Shown: one piece after another, positions 9,801 to 17,694 of the stretch
Position numbering within the stretch: position 1 is the stretch's first letter
How the letters are laid out: every line of letters begins with the position of its first letter
Source: a virus
Lineage: Duplodnaviria > Caudoviricetes
IMG/VR virus record: IMGVR_UViG_3300021519_000015
Span: 1-50,560 of that record
Length of the DNA stretch: 50,560 bases
Reading direction: 5' to 3' (one strand)
Notes under the pieces: generated by a model
What the model was told of the DNA's origin: nothing
Seen by the model: the letters and a program-made list of their open reading frames with translations, nothing else
Database searches by the model: none
Position numbers and translations under genes: made by a program

Positions 9801-10290
9801 GACCTGTCAGCTGAATGACGTTCTTCGACTTGAGAATGCTGCCGCAGGCGGCTGCTCCCAGTGGGATGATAGCCGCCGGGCGAAGTATGAGCAGGCGCTC
9901 TTGCAACAGTGGTGAGCAGTACTGAATTTGCTTGTCTGAGGCTCGATCCCGATTCTTAGGCAGTGCCGGGTTGGCCCCGATGGTGTGGCACCCTACGGCG
10001 AATCCAAACCAGCACCTGTGCAGAATTTCTGGAGCCGCAGCTCGGATGATCTTGATGGCTTCCAACACTGACTCGCTGCGGGAGATGGTCGCAGTGCTAT
10101 CGGCGGTTGCATCTGGAGACTCCATGATCACCGCAATCGGCGAGTCTTCTCCAATGGGCGGAAGTCCAGCAACCAACTGGCCGTTGATGATGTGACACCC
10201 ATCCAGCATGAACGGCGACCGGGCGCATTCGTGCAGTCCGCACTTGCTGCAGCCGGGTGGGAGGGCGGTCTGGTCGGGTTCAGCGATCAT
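6892..10290 (-). CDS. polA: Family A DNA polymerase with N-terminal family-4 UDG-like domain (SPO1-type architecture), DUF4326 insertion and 3'-5' exonuclease
   Basis: UDG part: CSKCGLH, ESP, C...C, IIPLGAAA. DUF4326: YIGR..WGNPF..LGCWCHPEACHGDVL. Exo: WDSETTGL, GHNLKFD, YAAMD. Pol: TGRL, DYSGLEVR (A), RSICKGALFGRIYG (B), NYGIQG, VHDS (C). Confidence 0.95.
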   Translation of the reverse strand: MIAEPDQTALPPGCSKCGLHECARSPFMLDGCHIINGQLVAGLPPIGEDSPIAVIMESPDATADSTATISRSESVLEAIKIIRAAAPEILHRCWFGFAVGCHTIGANPALPKNRDRASDKQIQYCSPLLQERLLILRPAAIIPLGAAACGSILKSKNVIQLTGRAYTAKFAVPPPPTTVVNIKSGAAFDAYIGRDHGQHKNEGWGNPFPLPSNYDDLDEDDQKYARRRSLEQYKDHIRKQPQLMARLPELRGKRLGCWCHPEACHGDVLIELVDECLHEPVEKQVISIPVHPLWAVGYARGEERQLSKYLDLWRAAASRIREADEAASSGVQLVCEIPRTFTMARTTGDVEKWFGPVLDNLDIPLAWDSETTGLQAWRKSFDIFLLSFHHESQPAPLLVSLNYDQQPFMSVRGDERSRRERQSTMELLKYIMELSRIQKIGHNLKFDETAVIAAFGWRPKGFLADTQVLEYCIDANTQGFRGVDDLVRKYIPSTGEYWRAVEVYKAAHPEQNFSQFPSELMLPYAAMDTAVLPSLYRIMMQRLEDMTAAGVGGHFIRTGNPNRTPTYSLLEYTMLGRRVHHHICTEMEANGLEVDHELIGRLSSHYTAVAEEARQALCEDKKIVEFERTVLMDVMAKSARDKWMKAEYYTKLEPKAKPRTPLAQVRAKVLAAEVHPHINWNSIPQQKAFFIDYLKLEPVSLTESGAPSLDATALQEWALDGNLSAQSLLDYREADKFLTAYVHPMQVEGGDGIIQDDRRIHASFNITGPRTGRLAVTRPPLQAMPRDGLIKRLYPSRFPNGWISQRDYSGLEVRILALMCRDKALISAFKSGADPHFRTQQHFFRDKADKSNKTQRSICKGALFGRIYGQGDPGLFALLTKGKVISPDTGEPVTLEECASFNQMIDELYPAVPEWVKLVHRNAVQNQWVCSGFGFVAPLPALAFYAKSRQNPNDRHLNSQVAQAMRQSQNYGIQGTASDVTMMAAYRINQLLRRAKLKALAILVVHDSIYVDHPDEETLQVSAIMHDVMDNAAQWLPEVLPGFDASWIDIPVIGDGELGINMKDALAAAEEPTIHPRAGIPNRLMLKVPKLDKDDARRDMITSLFGTEATVNWSDARSEVREWLVAQRFVFN

Positions 10291-10357
10291 ATGCTTATCC
10301 AGTGCGCCACGCGATACACATCTGACTTCAGGATGTAGTAAACTGGTTGATCTGAAC

Positions 10358-11152
10358 TCATACTGCAGTTGGAACGTCAGCGCGCATCAAGTCTACCAGA
10401 GTACGGTGCATAACCATGTGCTCCTGCGTCCCGTCACCCTTCGTGGTCGATGAGTGATGTCGAACCACGGTGTCTCCGAAGTTCAGCACGGAGACAAAGT
10501 CATCCGGGAAGGTGAACTCCGACACCAGCACGATGTTGCTCCGGGACATACGCCGGGCGAAGTCCCAGAACTGATCATGATCAAAGGTAAACTTGCTTTG
10601 CTTGGTGCGCCCAGCGTAAGGCGGGTCCAGATACATCGTCGTTTCAACCTGCCCGTCATAGGCCAGATACCCGTGGGCGGCAACGTCTGCCCCAACGCTG
10701 CGCAACGCTGCGGCCTTCCGGAGCACAGCTTCTCGCAGCACGATCGATCGGCGCTCATTATCGCTGCTTGATGCTCCTCGCTCGGATCTGGCGAACCCGC
10801 CGAAGTACTTGCCGCCAAAGCCCATACCAAAGCCGACATACGCCGTTAGCGGGTCTTGATCATCGCGGTTCCGGTTGCACTGAAGGTACATCTCCTCAGT
10901 AACCACGTCCGGCGGCAGCCATCCTCTCATCAGGCACTGCCACGTGGTGATCAATGCCGGGTGCTGATCGCTTAACCAGACCTGTTCTGGCTTAGCTGCA
11001 TCGGTTGAACCTGCCAGCATCTCGCATACTCGGCTGGCCGACCCCATGGCTCCGCAAAACGGCTCGATGTAAGCCTTGGTTCCGGACATGACGGAGGCCA
11101 CCATCTGCGCAATACGACGCCCCTGCCTTGCTTTTCCCCCGAGGTAATTCAT
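10358..11152 (-). CDS. dam: DNA adenine methyltransferase (Dam/D12 class)
   Basis: MNYLGGK, YIEPFCG, YLDPPY, FDHDQFW, VLVSE; start taken at ATG 11152 overlapping the upstream stop. Confidence 0.92.
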   Translation of the reverse strand: MNYLGGKARQGRRIAQMVASVMSGTKAYIEPFCGAMGSASRVCEMLAGSTDAAKPEQVWLSDQHPALITTWQCLMRGWLPPDVVTEEMYLQCNRNRDDQDPLTAYVGFGMGFGGKYFGGFARSERGASSSDNERRSIVLREAVLRKAAALRSVGADVAAHGYLAYDGQVETTMYLDPPYAGRTKQSKFTFDHDQFWDFARRMSRSNIVLVSEFTFPDDFVSVLNFGDTVVRHHSSTTKGDGTQEHMVMHRTLVDLMRADVPTAV

Positions 11153-11343
11153 GCCAGTGGGTATCTTCCGCCCGGCCACGGTACTGATGTGTCCGGGATT
11201 TCGGCGTCAACGGTTGCTGAGGCAATAAAGTAATGGGCATTACGACATGCTGCCACGGCCAACGCCTCCGTGCTAAAGGCTCCTTGGAATTCCCATGAGT
11301 TTGTTTCGACATTAATCGATTTGCCAACAACCCAGATAATCAT
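11149..11343 (-). CDS. Small hypothetical phage protein
   Basis: 64 aa, WVVG...FQGAFSTEALA pattern; ATGA coupling to dam. Confidence 0.7.
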   Translation of the reverse strand: MIIWVVGKSINVETNSWEFQGAFSTEALAVAACRNAHYFIASATVDAEIPDTSVPWPGGRYPLA

Positions 11344-11384
11344 GATCTAATGAACGAATGTGGCAATCTCCATCTCCACCAACC

Positions 11385-11526
11385 CCCCGCCCACCGGGCG
11401 GGGTCGCGGCTTTAGCCGCGCCAAGCAAGCGCCATTACCTCTGGCCTAATGCCGGAGGTCTTCGCGTACGCGCCCGCGCTAGCGGGCGGGGGCGCGCTCC
11501 GGAAACTCTGAAGAAGAGTTTCTGGA
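11385..11526. other. Cluster of five GC-rich hairpins in a divergent intergenic region
   Basis: Inverted repeats at 11385-11403, 11405-11420, 11437-11459, 11471-11488 and 11498-11526. Confidence 0.6.
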
Positions 11527-11643
11527 CACGCACGCGGGCAGGAGCGCTTGGGCGCGGGCACGGGCATGTACGCGTTATTGTGGCACCACACTATTGGGCT
11601 GGGTTGCTGCAACTCTGTAGGTATTGGCAGCATTCTTCAACTC

Positions 11644-11877
11644 ATGCAAGCAGCCAAACCATACAGCATCGCCGAAGTGCTGCGTATTCTTTGCCTGCCA
11701 ATGACGGACCAAAACTCGCCATTTGCGGGTGATCCGGAAAGGGCTCACGCCGACCGCCGCCAGCAACTAGCCGACTTGAAGGGAGCAGGTGCAATTGAGA
11801 GCAGCACCACAAGTTTGACTGTCGTAGATACCAAGCACGGACGAACTGTTACCGAGGTGATTCGCATCCGAGCATAA
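11644..11877 (+). CDS. Hypothetical protein
   Basis: ORF with likely start MQAAKPYS; TAATG coupling to the next gene. Confidence 0.55.
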   Translation: MQAAKPYSIAEVLRILCLPMTDQNSPFAGDPERAHADRRQQLADLKGAGAIESSTTSLTVVDTKHGRTVTEVIRIRA

Positions 11878-12782
11878 TGGACTTCGACCTTACAGCCCTC
11901 GTCGAAGATACACTCGTCGACACACACATTAGGCATCGTGGCGAACGACCTACCGGTGGGTTCCGCCCGGATGAAGCCATCCTTGCGCAGCTGCGAGAGG
12001 CATTTCCAACAAATGACGCACTGGTTGGATGGCTAAAACTGGCCATGTTCGGTCACATGGCCAGAACGGAGACCACGCGTTCGCCATTCTTCATCAATAC
12101 GATGATATTCTCGGAGGACTTCATTGCTTATCTCGAGAAGCACCGGAAGTACCTCCTGTCGGTTTATGGTAACGCCAACGAGGCGGCGGCGTTTGAGCGC
12201 ACGGTTTATGCCGATTGCATTCGCACGGAGCAGGATTTCCTAAGCGTGTGTGGGGGCTGGTATGTCCGCCATGGCAGCGTGGCAGACGAAACTATCTTGA
12301 GCATGGTCGTACCATCGGTCTGGTGGATTATTTGGTCGCACACGCACAAGCGCTGGCCGTCCACCCCCCAATGCTGGGATCAGGTAAAGGTGCGGCACAA
12401 CGGGGCACAGGCCGTCTTTGGGCGGTTGATGGCCGAGGAGCGGGCAAAGTTGAAAACGGCAGGCAGGCGAGACGTGGTGCTCAAGGCGGCAACGCTTGCT
12501 GCCAAGGAGGCTCGCATGCAGTGGGCTGCCCGGTTCGGCCTTGTGCGTCTGCTGCACTTCAACGGATACAGCAGGCTTGCCGATGACTCGCAGGTTAAGG
12601 CAGCGGAGATTTTCCCAAATGAGCCATTGGAGGCGGCGGACCTGCGATTATTCAAGCTGGCCAAGGCAGCACGCCCGTTGATGCAGCCTGTAGCAAAGCA
12701 GCGTGGTGCGGGTGGTGCCTACGAGTCCAAAGGTGCATTATTGGCGCTGGCTATGCAGGTTGGGCATCACGACGCGGACTAA
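11877..12782 (+). CDS. Hypothetical protein
   Basis: 301 aa ORF, no motif recognised. Confidence 0.75.
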   Translation: MDFDLTALVEDTLVDTHIRHRGERPTGGFRPDEAILAQLREAFPTNDALVGWLKLAMFGHMARTETTRSPFFINTMIFSEDFIAYLEKHRKYLLSVYGNANEAAAFERTVYADCIRTEQDFLSVCGGWYVRHGSVADETILSMVVPSVWWIIWSHTHKRWPSTPQCWDQVKVRHNGAQAVFGRLMAEERAKLKTAGRRDVVLKAATLAAKEARMQWAARFGLVRLLHFNGYSRLADDSQVKAAEIFPNEPLEAADLRLFKLAKAARPLMQPVAKQRGAGGAYESKGALLALAMQVGHHDAD

Positions 12783-12812
12783 GTATTTAAACTTGGCTAA
12801 CAAACTTCTTAG

Positions 12813-13307
12813 ATGACCCCGTCCGCATTCGCGCAACTGCTGGAGCAACGGCTGCCGGACACATTCTACCACGGCACCGACAAGGACTTTGATGTCTTTC
12901 GGCGAGCAAAGCTTACGCCCCAGCTCCAGCTCGGATTTGGGTTCCATTTCACGACAGATCCAGCTTTTGCGCGGCTATACGGTAAACGCATCATTGAAGC
13001 CCGGCTGACCGCCGCCAATGTGCTGGATACGCGGCAGGTGGTGACGGCGGCAGCAGAAGAACTGTTTGCCATTGCCGTCAAGCTTGGCGGGAAGCGATGC
13101 CTATTCAATGGGGCGGTATGGCTGCAAAATGCGGTTGACGCCACCGGCCCAGCCCGTGCGGAGCGCGTGCTGCGGGATGCCGGATTCGATGCCGTATGGT
13201 ATACGGGAGAACACGGCACCAGACCGAGCGGGCTTGGATATCGCAATGCACCACAGAAAGCACCCTGCATTGTGGTAATGGACGCGGCGCAGATCACAGC
13301 AGCTTGA
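12813..13307 (+). CDS. Putative ADP-ribosyltransferase-fold protein (ART-PolyVal-like) with shared leader
   Basis: MTPSAFAQLLE leader; FYHGT...F..F, GFGFHFTTDP..A..Y, L...GFDAV pattern. Confidence 0.65.
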   Translation: MTPSAFAQLLEQRLPDTFYHGTDKDFDVFRRAKLTPQLQLGFGFHFTTDPAFARLYGKRIIEARLTAANVLDTRQVVTAAAEELFAIAVKLGGKRCLFNGAVWLQNAVDATGPARAERVLRDAGFDAVWYTGEHGTRPSGLGYRNAPQKAPCIVVMDAAQITAA

Positions 13308-13332
13308 CAAGCAGCGTAGTAGCTGCTAAGGT
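13304..13332 (+). promoter_or_regulatory. Sigma70-type promoter (leaderless)
   Basis: TTGACA-17-TAAGGT; ATG 13339 is 6 nt downstream; the -35 contains the upstream TGA stop. Confidence 0.8.
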
Positions 13333-13338
13333 CAACAT

Positions 13339-13533
13339 ATGAACTTCATCTCCATGGTCTTCGGCAGCGGTGCGCGGGCTAAGCGTGCTCGGCGTGGCAC
13401 GGAACGCGACGGCAATCAGTACGACGAACCAGCACGCAAGTTCATGCAGCACGGAGACTCCATGGGAAAGTCCCGGCGCTGGGTAAAGCATAAGCATGCC
13501 AAGCAGCAACCGGCGGAAGACCGGGCGGACTAA
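13339..13533 (+). CDS. Small basic hypothetical protein
   Basis: 64 aa, Arg/Lys-rich, directly after promoter. Confidence 0.65.
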   Translation: MNFISMVFGSGARAKRARRGTERDGNQYDEPARKFMQHGDSMGKSRRWVKHKHAKQQPAEDRAD

Positions 13534-13709
13534 TGGCTGATATCGAATGTACCAGCTGCGGGTGGATTGGTGACCCATCCGAATGCGTCTGCACGCCAGA
13601 AGATGCACGGTCTGCCAAGCCATCGGCACAAATCAACTTTAACAGATGCCCAAGGTGCGGGAAAACAGACTTTGAGGACTTGGATGAGGATGAACCGGTC
13701 GAACCCTAA
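13533..13709 (+). CDS. Small zinc-ribbon protein
   Basis: Below the ORF-track cutoff; manual translation MADIECTSCGWIG...NRCPRCGKTDFEDLDEDEPVEP (58 aa), TAATG coupled. Confidence 0.7.
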   Translation: MADIECTSCGWIGDPSECVCTPEDARSAKPSAQINFNRCPRCGKTDFEDLDEDEPVEP

Positions 13710-13721
13710 GTATTGGAAGCC

Positions 13722-15323
13722 ATGAATCGTCACACACCAGTTCCTAGCGCCCTTCGCACACTTCGCCTGATCGAGGAAGCCGAACCAGACGTTCTCCACG
13801 AGTACGGGATCACAAGCTATGAGACTGGGTCGGTGAACAACTCTGACCCAACCAAGAAGGCAATTACCACGTTGCGCTGGATGCCCCGTAGTGGGCTATC
13901 GTCTGACTCCAAGTGTTCTGCATGGGGTCGGCTTCTACAGGGTATCAGCGACGATGAACTGCAACAGGTGCAGTGGAATTCCGCCATTGGCAGGATTCTG
14001 CGTACACGCTGGGCATGGCTATACGACGATGTCGCGTTTGGTGATTTTGAGGAAGGTCTCTTTGTTCGTGCCGGTCTCGCCAACCAATTTGATCGCATTG
14101 TGCGAGCGTACCTGCAGGCTGCTGGAACATTGTCAGAAGCTGCTCCGGACGCCACCGATGCACTCGATGATGCCGCCGGTGGCGGTCTCGACGATGAACT
14201 TCCCAATGAGGACGGTGCACCACTCCCGTCGCATGACAGCAAGTTTGACGCTCTGAAGAGCCTGGCGAAGCGTGACCTTCCAACCCTCCGGCATCTGGCA
14301 GCACTGAAAAAGGTGCATGACTCGCAGGCCAACCTCACCGGCAAGGATGCCTCGCTCGCCATCCAGGCCATCCTGAACCGCCTCGATCAGATTGATCCGG
14401 CGGCAGCGGCACAGCTCGGCCAGAAGAACTGGGAGCCCAACGCCCTGTCGTGGATTGAACTTTTTGACACCATTGGCGACCAGAAGCTTGGGGAGTACAT
14501 CGGCATCAAGGACCACGCATCCATCCCGACCGGTTCCGCTATTGAGGCTGGCACGGATGATGAACCGGTTGCTCCGGCCAATGACGACGGGGAGGAAGGT
14601 ACTGCTGCCCCGGAGGGTGATGAAGACGGTACGGGCGACACCGATGAGGTGGAGGCGCTGCTGAAGAAGCCAGCCCCGGAAGCCAAACCGTCATCGGCAA
14701 CACGAGAATCACACACGCGCATTATCAAGCGAATCACCGAGGCAGGGGATGACGGCTACAATAGCATTGATGACATTGTGGCGAGCCACGGCGACCGCAA
14801 GGTGGTGGCCTTCATTCACAACAGGCACCAAGAGCGCGTGCCGTTCGACGCATCGCTGGAAGACGCACTTCACACGTTCGAGCAGTACAGTGGAGACGTT
14901 GCCGATGTCATCTCGGACTGGAAAACGGTGGAAAGCTACGGAGATCTGGCGCAGTACGTGCGTGGGCAGCAGCCGGAAGCCAAACCGTCATCGGCAACAC
15001 GAGAATCTTATACCGCAACAATCAAGCGAATCGCCGAGGCAGCAGGCGGAAGCTTCCGTGCCTTTGACGGGCTTGGCGACAGCGATCAAGCCGTGAAGAT
15101 AGTGGTTGGATCGGCTGGTTCTACCGAGCAACAGATTATCGAGTGGTGCCGAGCCAACCCGGATGAAATGCAATACTCTGGTCCGCATGATGAACGCCTA
15201 TCGGTCGATTTGGACGAAATCGGCGTTGTCATGCCCGGCAGCGAGCATTATACGGCAACCAGCATGCGGGCGCGCAAGGTAGCAACCGGAATGCTCGCGT
15301 TCGAAGTGTACCCGGTAGTGTAA
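13722..15323 (+). CDS. Acidic multi-module protein, putative processed internal head protein
   Basis: Very D/E-rich; repeated I/L-x-E-A sites (LIEEA, LSEAA, RITEA, RIAEA); internal duplicated linker. Confidence 0.7.
   Translation: MNRHTPVPSALRTLRLIEEAEPDVLHEYGITSYETGSVNNSDPTKKAITTLRWMPRSGLSSDSKCSAWGRLLQGISDDELQQVQWNSAIGRILRTRWAWLYDDVAFGDFEEGLFVRAGLANQFDRIVRAYLQAAGTLSEAAPDATDALDDAAGGGLDDELPNEDGAPLPSHDSKFDALKSLAKRDLPTLRHLAALKKVHDSQANLTGKDASLAIQAILNRLDQIDPAAAAQLGQKNWEPNALSWIELFDTIGDQKLGEYIGIKDHASIPTGSAIEAGTDDEPVAPANDDGEEGTAAPEGDEDGTGDTDEVEALLKKPAPEAKPSSATRESHTRIIKRITEAGDDGYNSIDDIVASHGDRKVVAFIHNRHQERVPFDASLEDALHTFEQYSGDVADVISDWKTVESYGDLAQYVRGQQPEAKPSSATRESYTATIKRIAEAAGGSFRAFDGLGDSDQAVKIVVGSAGSTEQQIIEWCRANPDEMQYSGPHDERLSVDLDEIGVVMPGSEHYTATSMRARKVATGMLAFEVYPVV
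14676..15045 (+). repeat. Dispersed ~70 bp direct repeat (copies at ~14676 and ~14973)
   Basis: CCGGAAGCCAAACCGTCATCGGCAACACGAGAATC is identical in both copies, followed by a similar ATCAAGCGAATC(A/G)CCGAGGCAG. Confidence 0.9.
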
Positions 15324-15442
15324 CGCACGCGATCAACGTAGCACACCACATTGACGGCAACGAGCACGTGGCTACGTATCAGCCGGACGCAAACGGGCAG
15401 CGTCGTCCGCGCTTAACAACCAGCAAGCGTTCCTTGGATAAC

Positions 15443-15471
15443 TTGACAGGCGTCACGCCTCCTGTTATTAT
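15443..15471 (+). promoter_or_regulatory. Sigma70-type promoter (leaderless)
   Basis: TTGACA-17-TATTAT; ATG 15478 is 6 nt downstream. Confidence 0.85.
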
Positions 15472-15477
15472 TCGTTC

Positions 15478-16761
15478 ATGATTCAAACTGCTCCGCTTCC
15501 TACGAAGAAGGTTCTTCAGCACCGCCCATATCAACAGCGCATCGGCGAAAAGCTCGATGCAAACTGGCGCAAGGGTGTCAATAGCCAGCTGGTGGTCGCC
15601 CCCACCGGGGCCGGGAAAACGTACTTGGGGTTACGTGCGGCCAAGGCAGCACAGGATGACGCCAAGGAATTGTTCGGGTGCGAGCCGCATGAGGTCGGCA
15701 TCTGCTGGGTGGCCATGCGCCGCAACCTGCTCCTCATGGCGCAGGAGGATAACATGGCGCTGGTTGGCGCGCAGAACCTTCACACGGTCTCGATGTTCGA
15801 CACCAATCCGGCCCGATACTTCAAGGATTACGCTCGCGTCATCACGGTTTACGACGAGGCACATCACGTGGCTGCCAATACCTGCGTCGGCCTGCATTCC
15901 GCCGTCGACCCCGATCTCACCATCGGCCTCTCGGCTACGCCGCTACGCACGGACCGCATGGACCTATGCTTTCAGGTCACCGTGCAGGATGCCGGATATC
16001 ACCGCCTCATCCAAGAGGGCTGGCTCTCTCAGTTCGATCACTACTCGATCTCCGGCAGGTGGTCGCCACAATCTGTCGCCGAGACTTATCTCGCCGACCC
16101 AAAGCGCTGGGGGCAGTCCGTCGTCTTCTTCTTATCAAGAAAGGAGTGCGAGGAGTGCGCCACGATCATGCGGGCTGCAGGCACCCGCGCCGAGGTGGTG
16201 ACCGGGTCTTCTAATCGCGAGCAGCAGCAGCGGGACTTCGAAGATGGCAAGGTCGATGTGATGATCTCCATGGCCGTGCTCACCGAGGGCTTCGATTGTC
16301 CGCAGCTGCAGACCGTGTGGGTGCGCGATTCCAAGCACCGCAGCGTCATCACGCAGATGAGCGGGCGGGCGCTCCGCTTGTTCGAAGTGAATGGTGTGCG
16401 GATCGCGAAGAACGTTGTGCAATCTATCGAAGCCGGGTATCCGTTCACCCGCGTGGCCTCGGCCCGCATGCAGTATCTGCAGGTGGACGGCAAATGGCGA
16501 TCCATTGGCGCGAACGACAAAGCATGGCATGCATACGCGCTGGTCAGCGGACGCCGGGTCGAGGCTTACGCGCGTGGAGACATCAAACCCAACGCCTATA
16601 TGCTCACCTACAGCCGGGGCGTGGAATGGGATAGCACCAACGGTGTAATCAAGAAGCCAGCGGTGCGCCTCAAGCCCAGCAGCGATAGTCGCTCCGAGGA
16701 TCTGGCGGCGCAGCGCGAGCGGGCACAGGAGCAGGGCAATGCCGATCCGGGAGCCGAGTAA
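15478..16761 (+). CDS. SF2 DEAH-box helicase (ResIII/UvsW-like)
   Basis: RPYQ, APTGAGKT, DEAHH, GLSATP, LTEGFD.P, QMSGRALR. Confidence 0.92.
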   Translation: MIQTAPLPTKKVLQHRPYQQRIGEKLDANWRKGVNSQLVVAPTGAGKTYLGLRAAKAAQDDAKELFGCEPHEVGICWVAMRRNLLLMAQEDNMALVGAQNLHTVSMFDTNPARYFKDYARVITVYDEAHHVAANTCVGLHSAVDPDLTIGLSATPLRTDRMDLCFQVTVQDAGYHRLIQEGWLSQFDHYSISGRWSPQSVAETYLADPKRWGQSVVFFLSRKECEECATIMRAAGTRAEVVTGSSNREQQQRDFEDGKVDVMISMAVLTEGFDCPQLQTVWVRDSKHRSVITQMSGRALRLFEVNGVRIAKNVVQSIEAGYPFTRVASARMQYLQVDGKWRSIGANDKAWHAYALVSGRRVEAYARGDIKPNAYMLTYSRGVEWDSTNGVIKKPAVRLKPSSDSRSEDLAAQRERAQEQGNADPGAE

Positions 16762-16764
16762 CCT

Positions 16765-17493
16765 ATGAGACCAACAGCCAAACAAATCCAGCAAGCCATC
16801 GACACACTCCAGTCCGCACTGGCCGCAACCTACGGAGACGCAGCAGCGCGTGCCGGAATTGGTGAGGGGTGCTCCATTGAGGTACAATGCGCACAGGTGC
16901 AGGTATGCGATGCCGAGTGCTGCGTTGAAGACGTCGATTCACCACAGGCCGCAGCCCAGTTCCTTGCAAATGCACAAAGGTCACAAGCCATGAAACACCC
17001 AGTCACCATTCAGCTCGACGTCGACGCCTGTCACCTAACTGATACCCCACTCCCGTACTACTGCGTCACCATGCAGAAGGGTGCGCCTTATCGCAACCGC
17101 GACAACTATCACTGCACCAACTGGGACGACGAACCGCAGCTCATCACTGCACGTTCCGTCGCCGAGCTTTACGAGCACATGGCGCAGGAGCGCGTTAATT
17201 TCACCATCTACGGCGAAACGCAAAACCGAGCGTCCCATGGGGATACGCACGACATCGAGGATTATCTCATCAGGTTCTCTTCCATCTTCGTGCAAGTAGA
17301 GGAATACAGCGAAGCCAGACTCAAGGCTACCGTCACGTACCAGAGCATCGGCGCAGCGCGGGACGCACGGCGCGCCAAGGAGAGGGATGAGGCCGAAAAG
17401 GCGCGCAAGCGGGCCGAGGCATACAACCTCCGCCAGCGCGAGGAACACGATAAGGCCGAGTTCCTCCGGCTCAGCAAGAAATTTGCGAAATAA
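16765..17493 (+). CDS. Hypothetical protein (possibly two fused modules; internal ATG near 16990)
   Basis: 242 aa ORF with C-terminal charged coiled coil. Confidence 0.65.
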   Translation: MRPTAKQIQQAIDTLQSALAATYGDAAARAGIGEGCSIEVQCAQVQVCDAECCVEDVDSPQAAAQFLANAQRSQAMKHPVTIQLDVDACHLTDTPLPYYCVTMQKGAPYRNRDNYHCTNWDDEPQLITARSVAELYEHMAQERVNFTIYGETQNRASHGDTHDIEDYLIRFSSIFVQVEEYSEARLKATVTYQSIGAARDARRAKERDEAEKARKRAEAYNLRQREEHDKAEFLRLSKKFAK

Positions 17494-17513
17494 GGCACAG
17501 GCGACTTGGCAAC

Positions 17514-17610
17514 TTGACAAGCATTCGTTCCTCTGCTAAAGTTCTCACATGATCGGCAACTACCAGCAGCCAACGCAGTACTTGACAAGTGCTCGCGGGT
17601 GTGCTAAAGT
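17514..17610 (+). promoter_or_regulatory. Tandem pair of sigma70-type promoters
   Basis: TTGACA(17514)-17-TAAAGT and TTGACA(17582)-17-TAAAGT, both followed by T(C)xCACAT. Confidence 0.85.
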
Positions 17611-17694
17611 TCCCACATCAGCAGCTTTCACCCGGCAGAACCGGAATCAGACAAACAACCAATAGCAAATCACGCGAAATTCGCGAAACCCACT

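Noticed and set aside
16765-16800. MRPTAKQI.. as another member of the leader family
   Set aside because: It lacks the conserved F and L-x-E and lies in an early-promoter operon.
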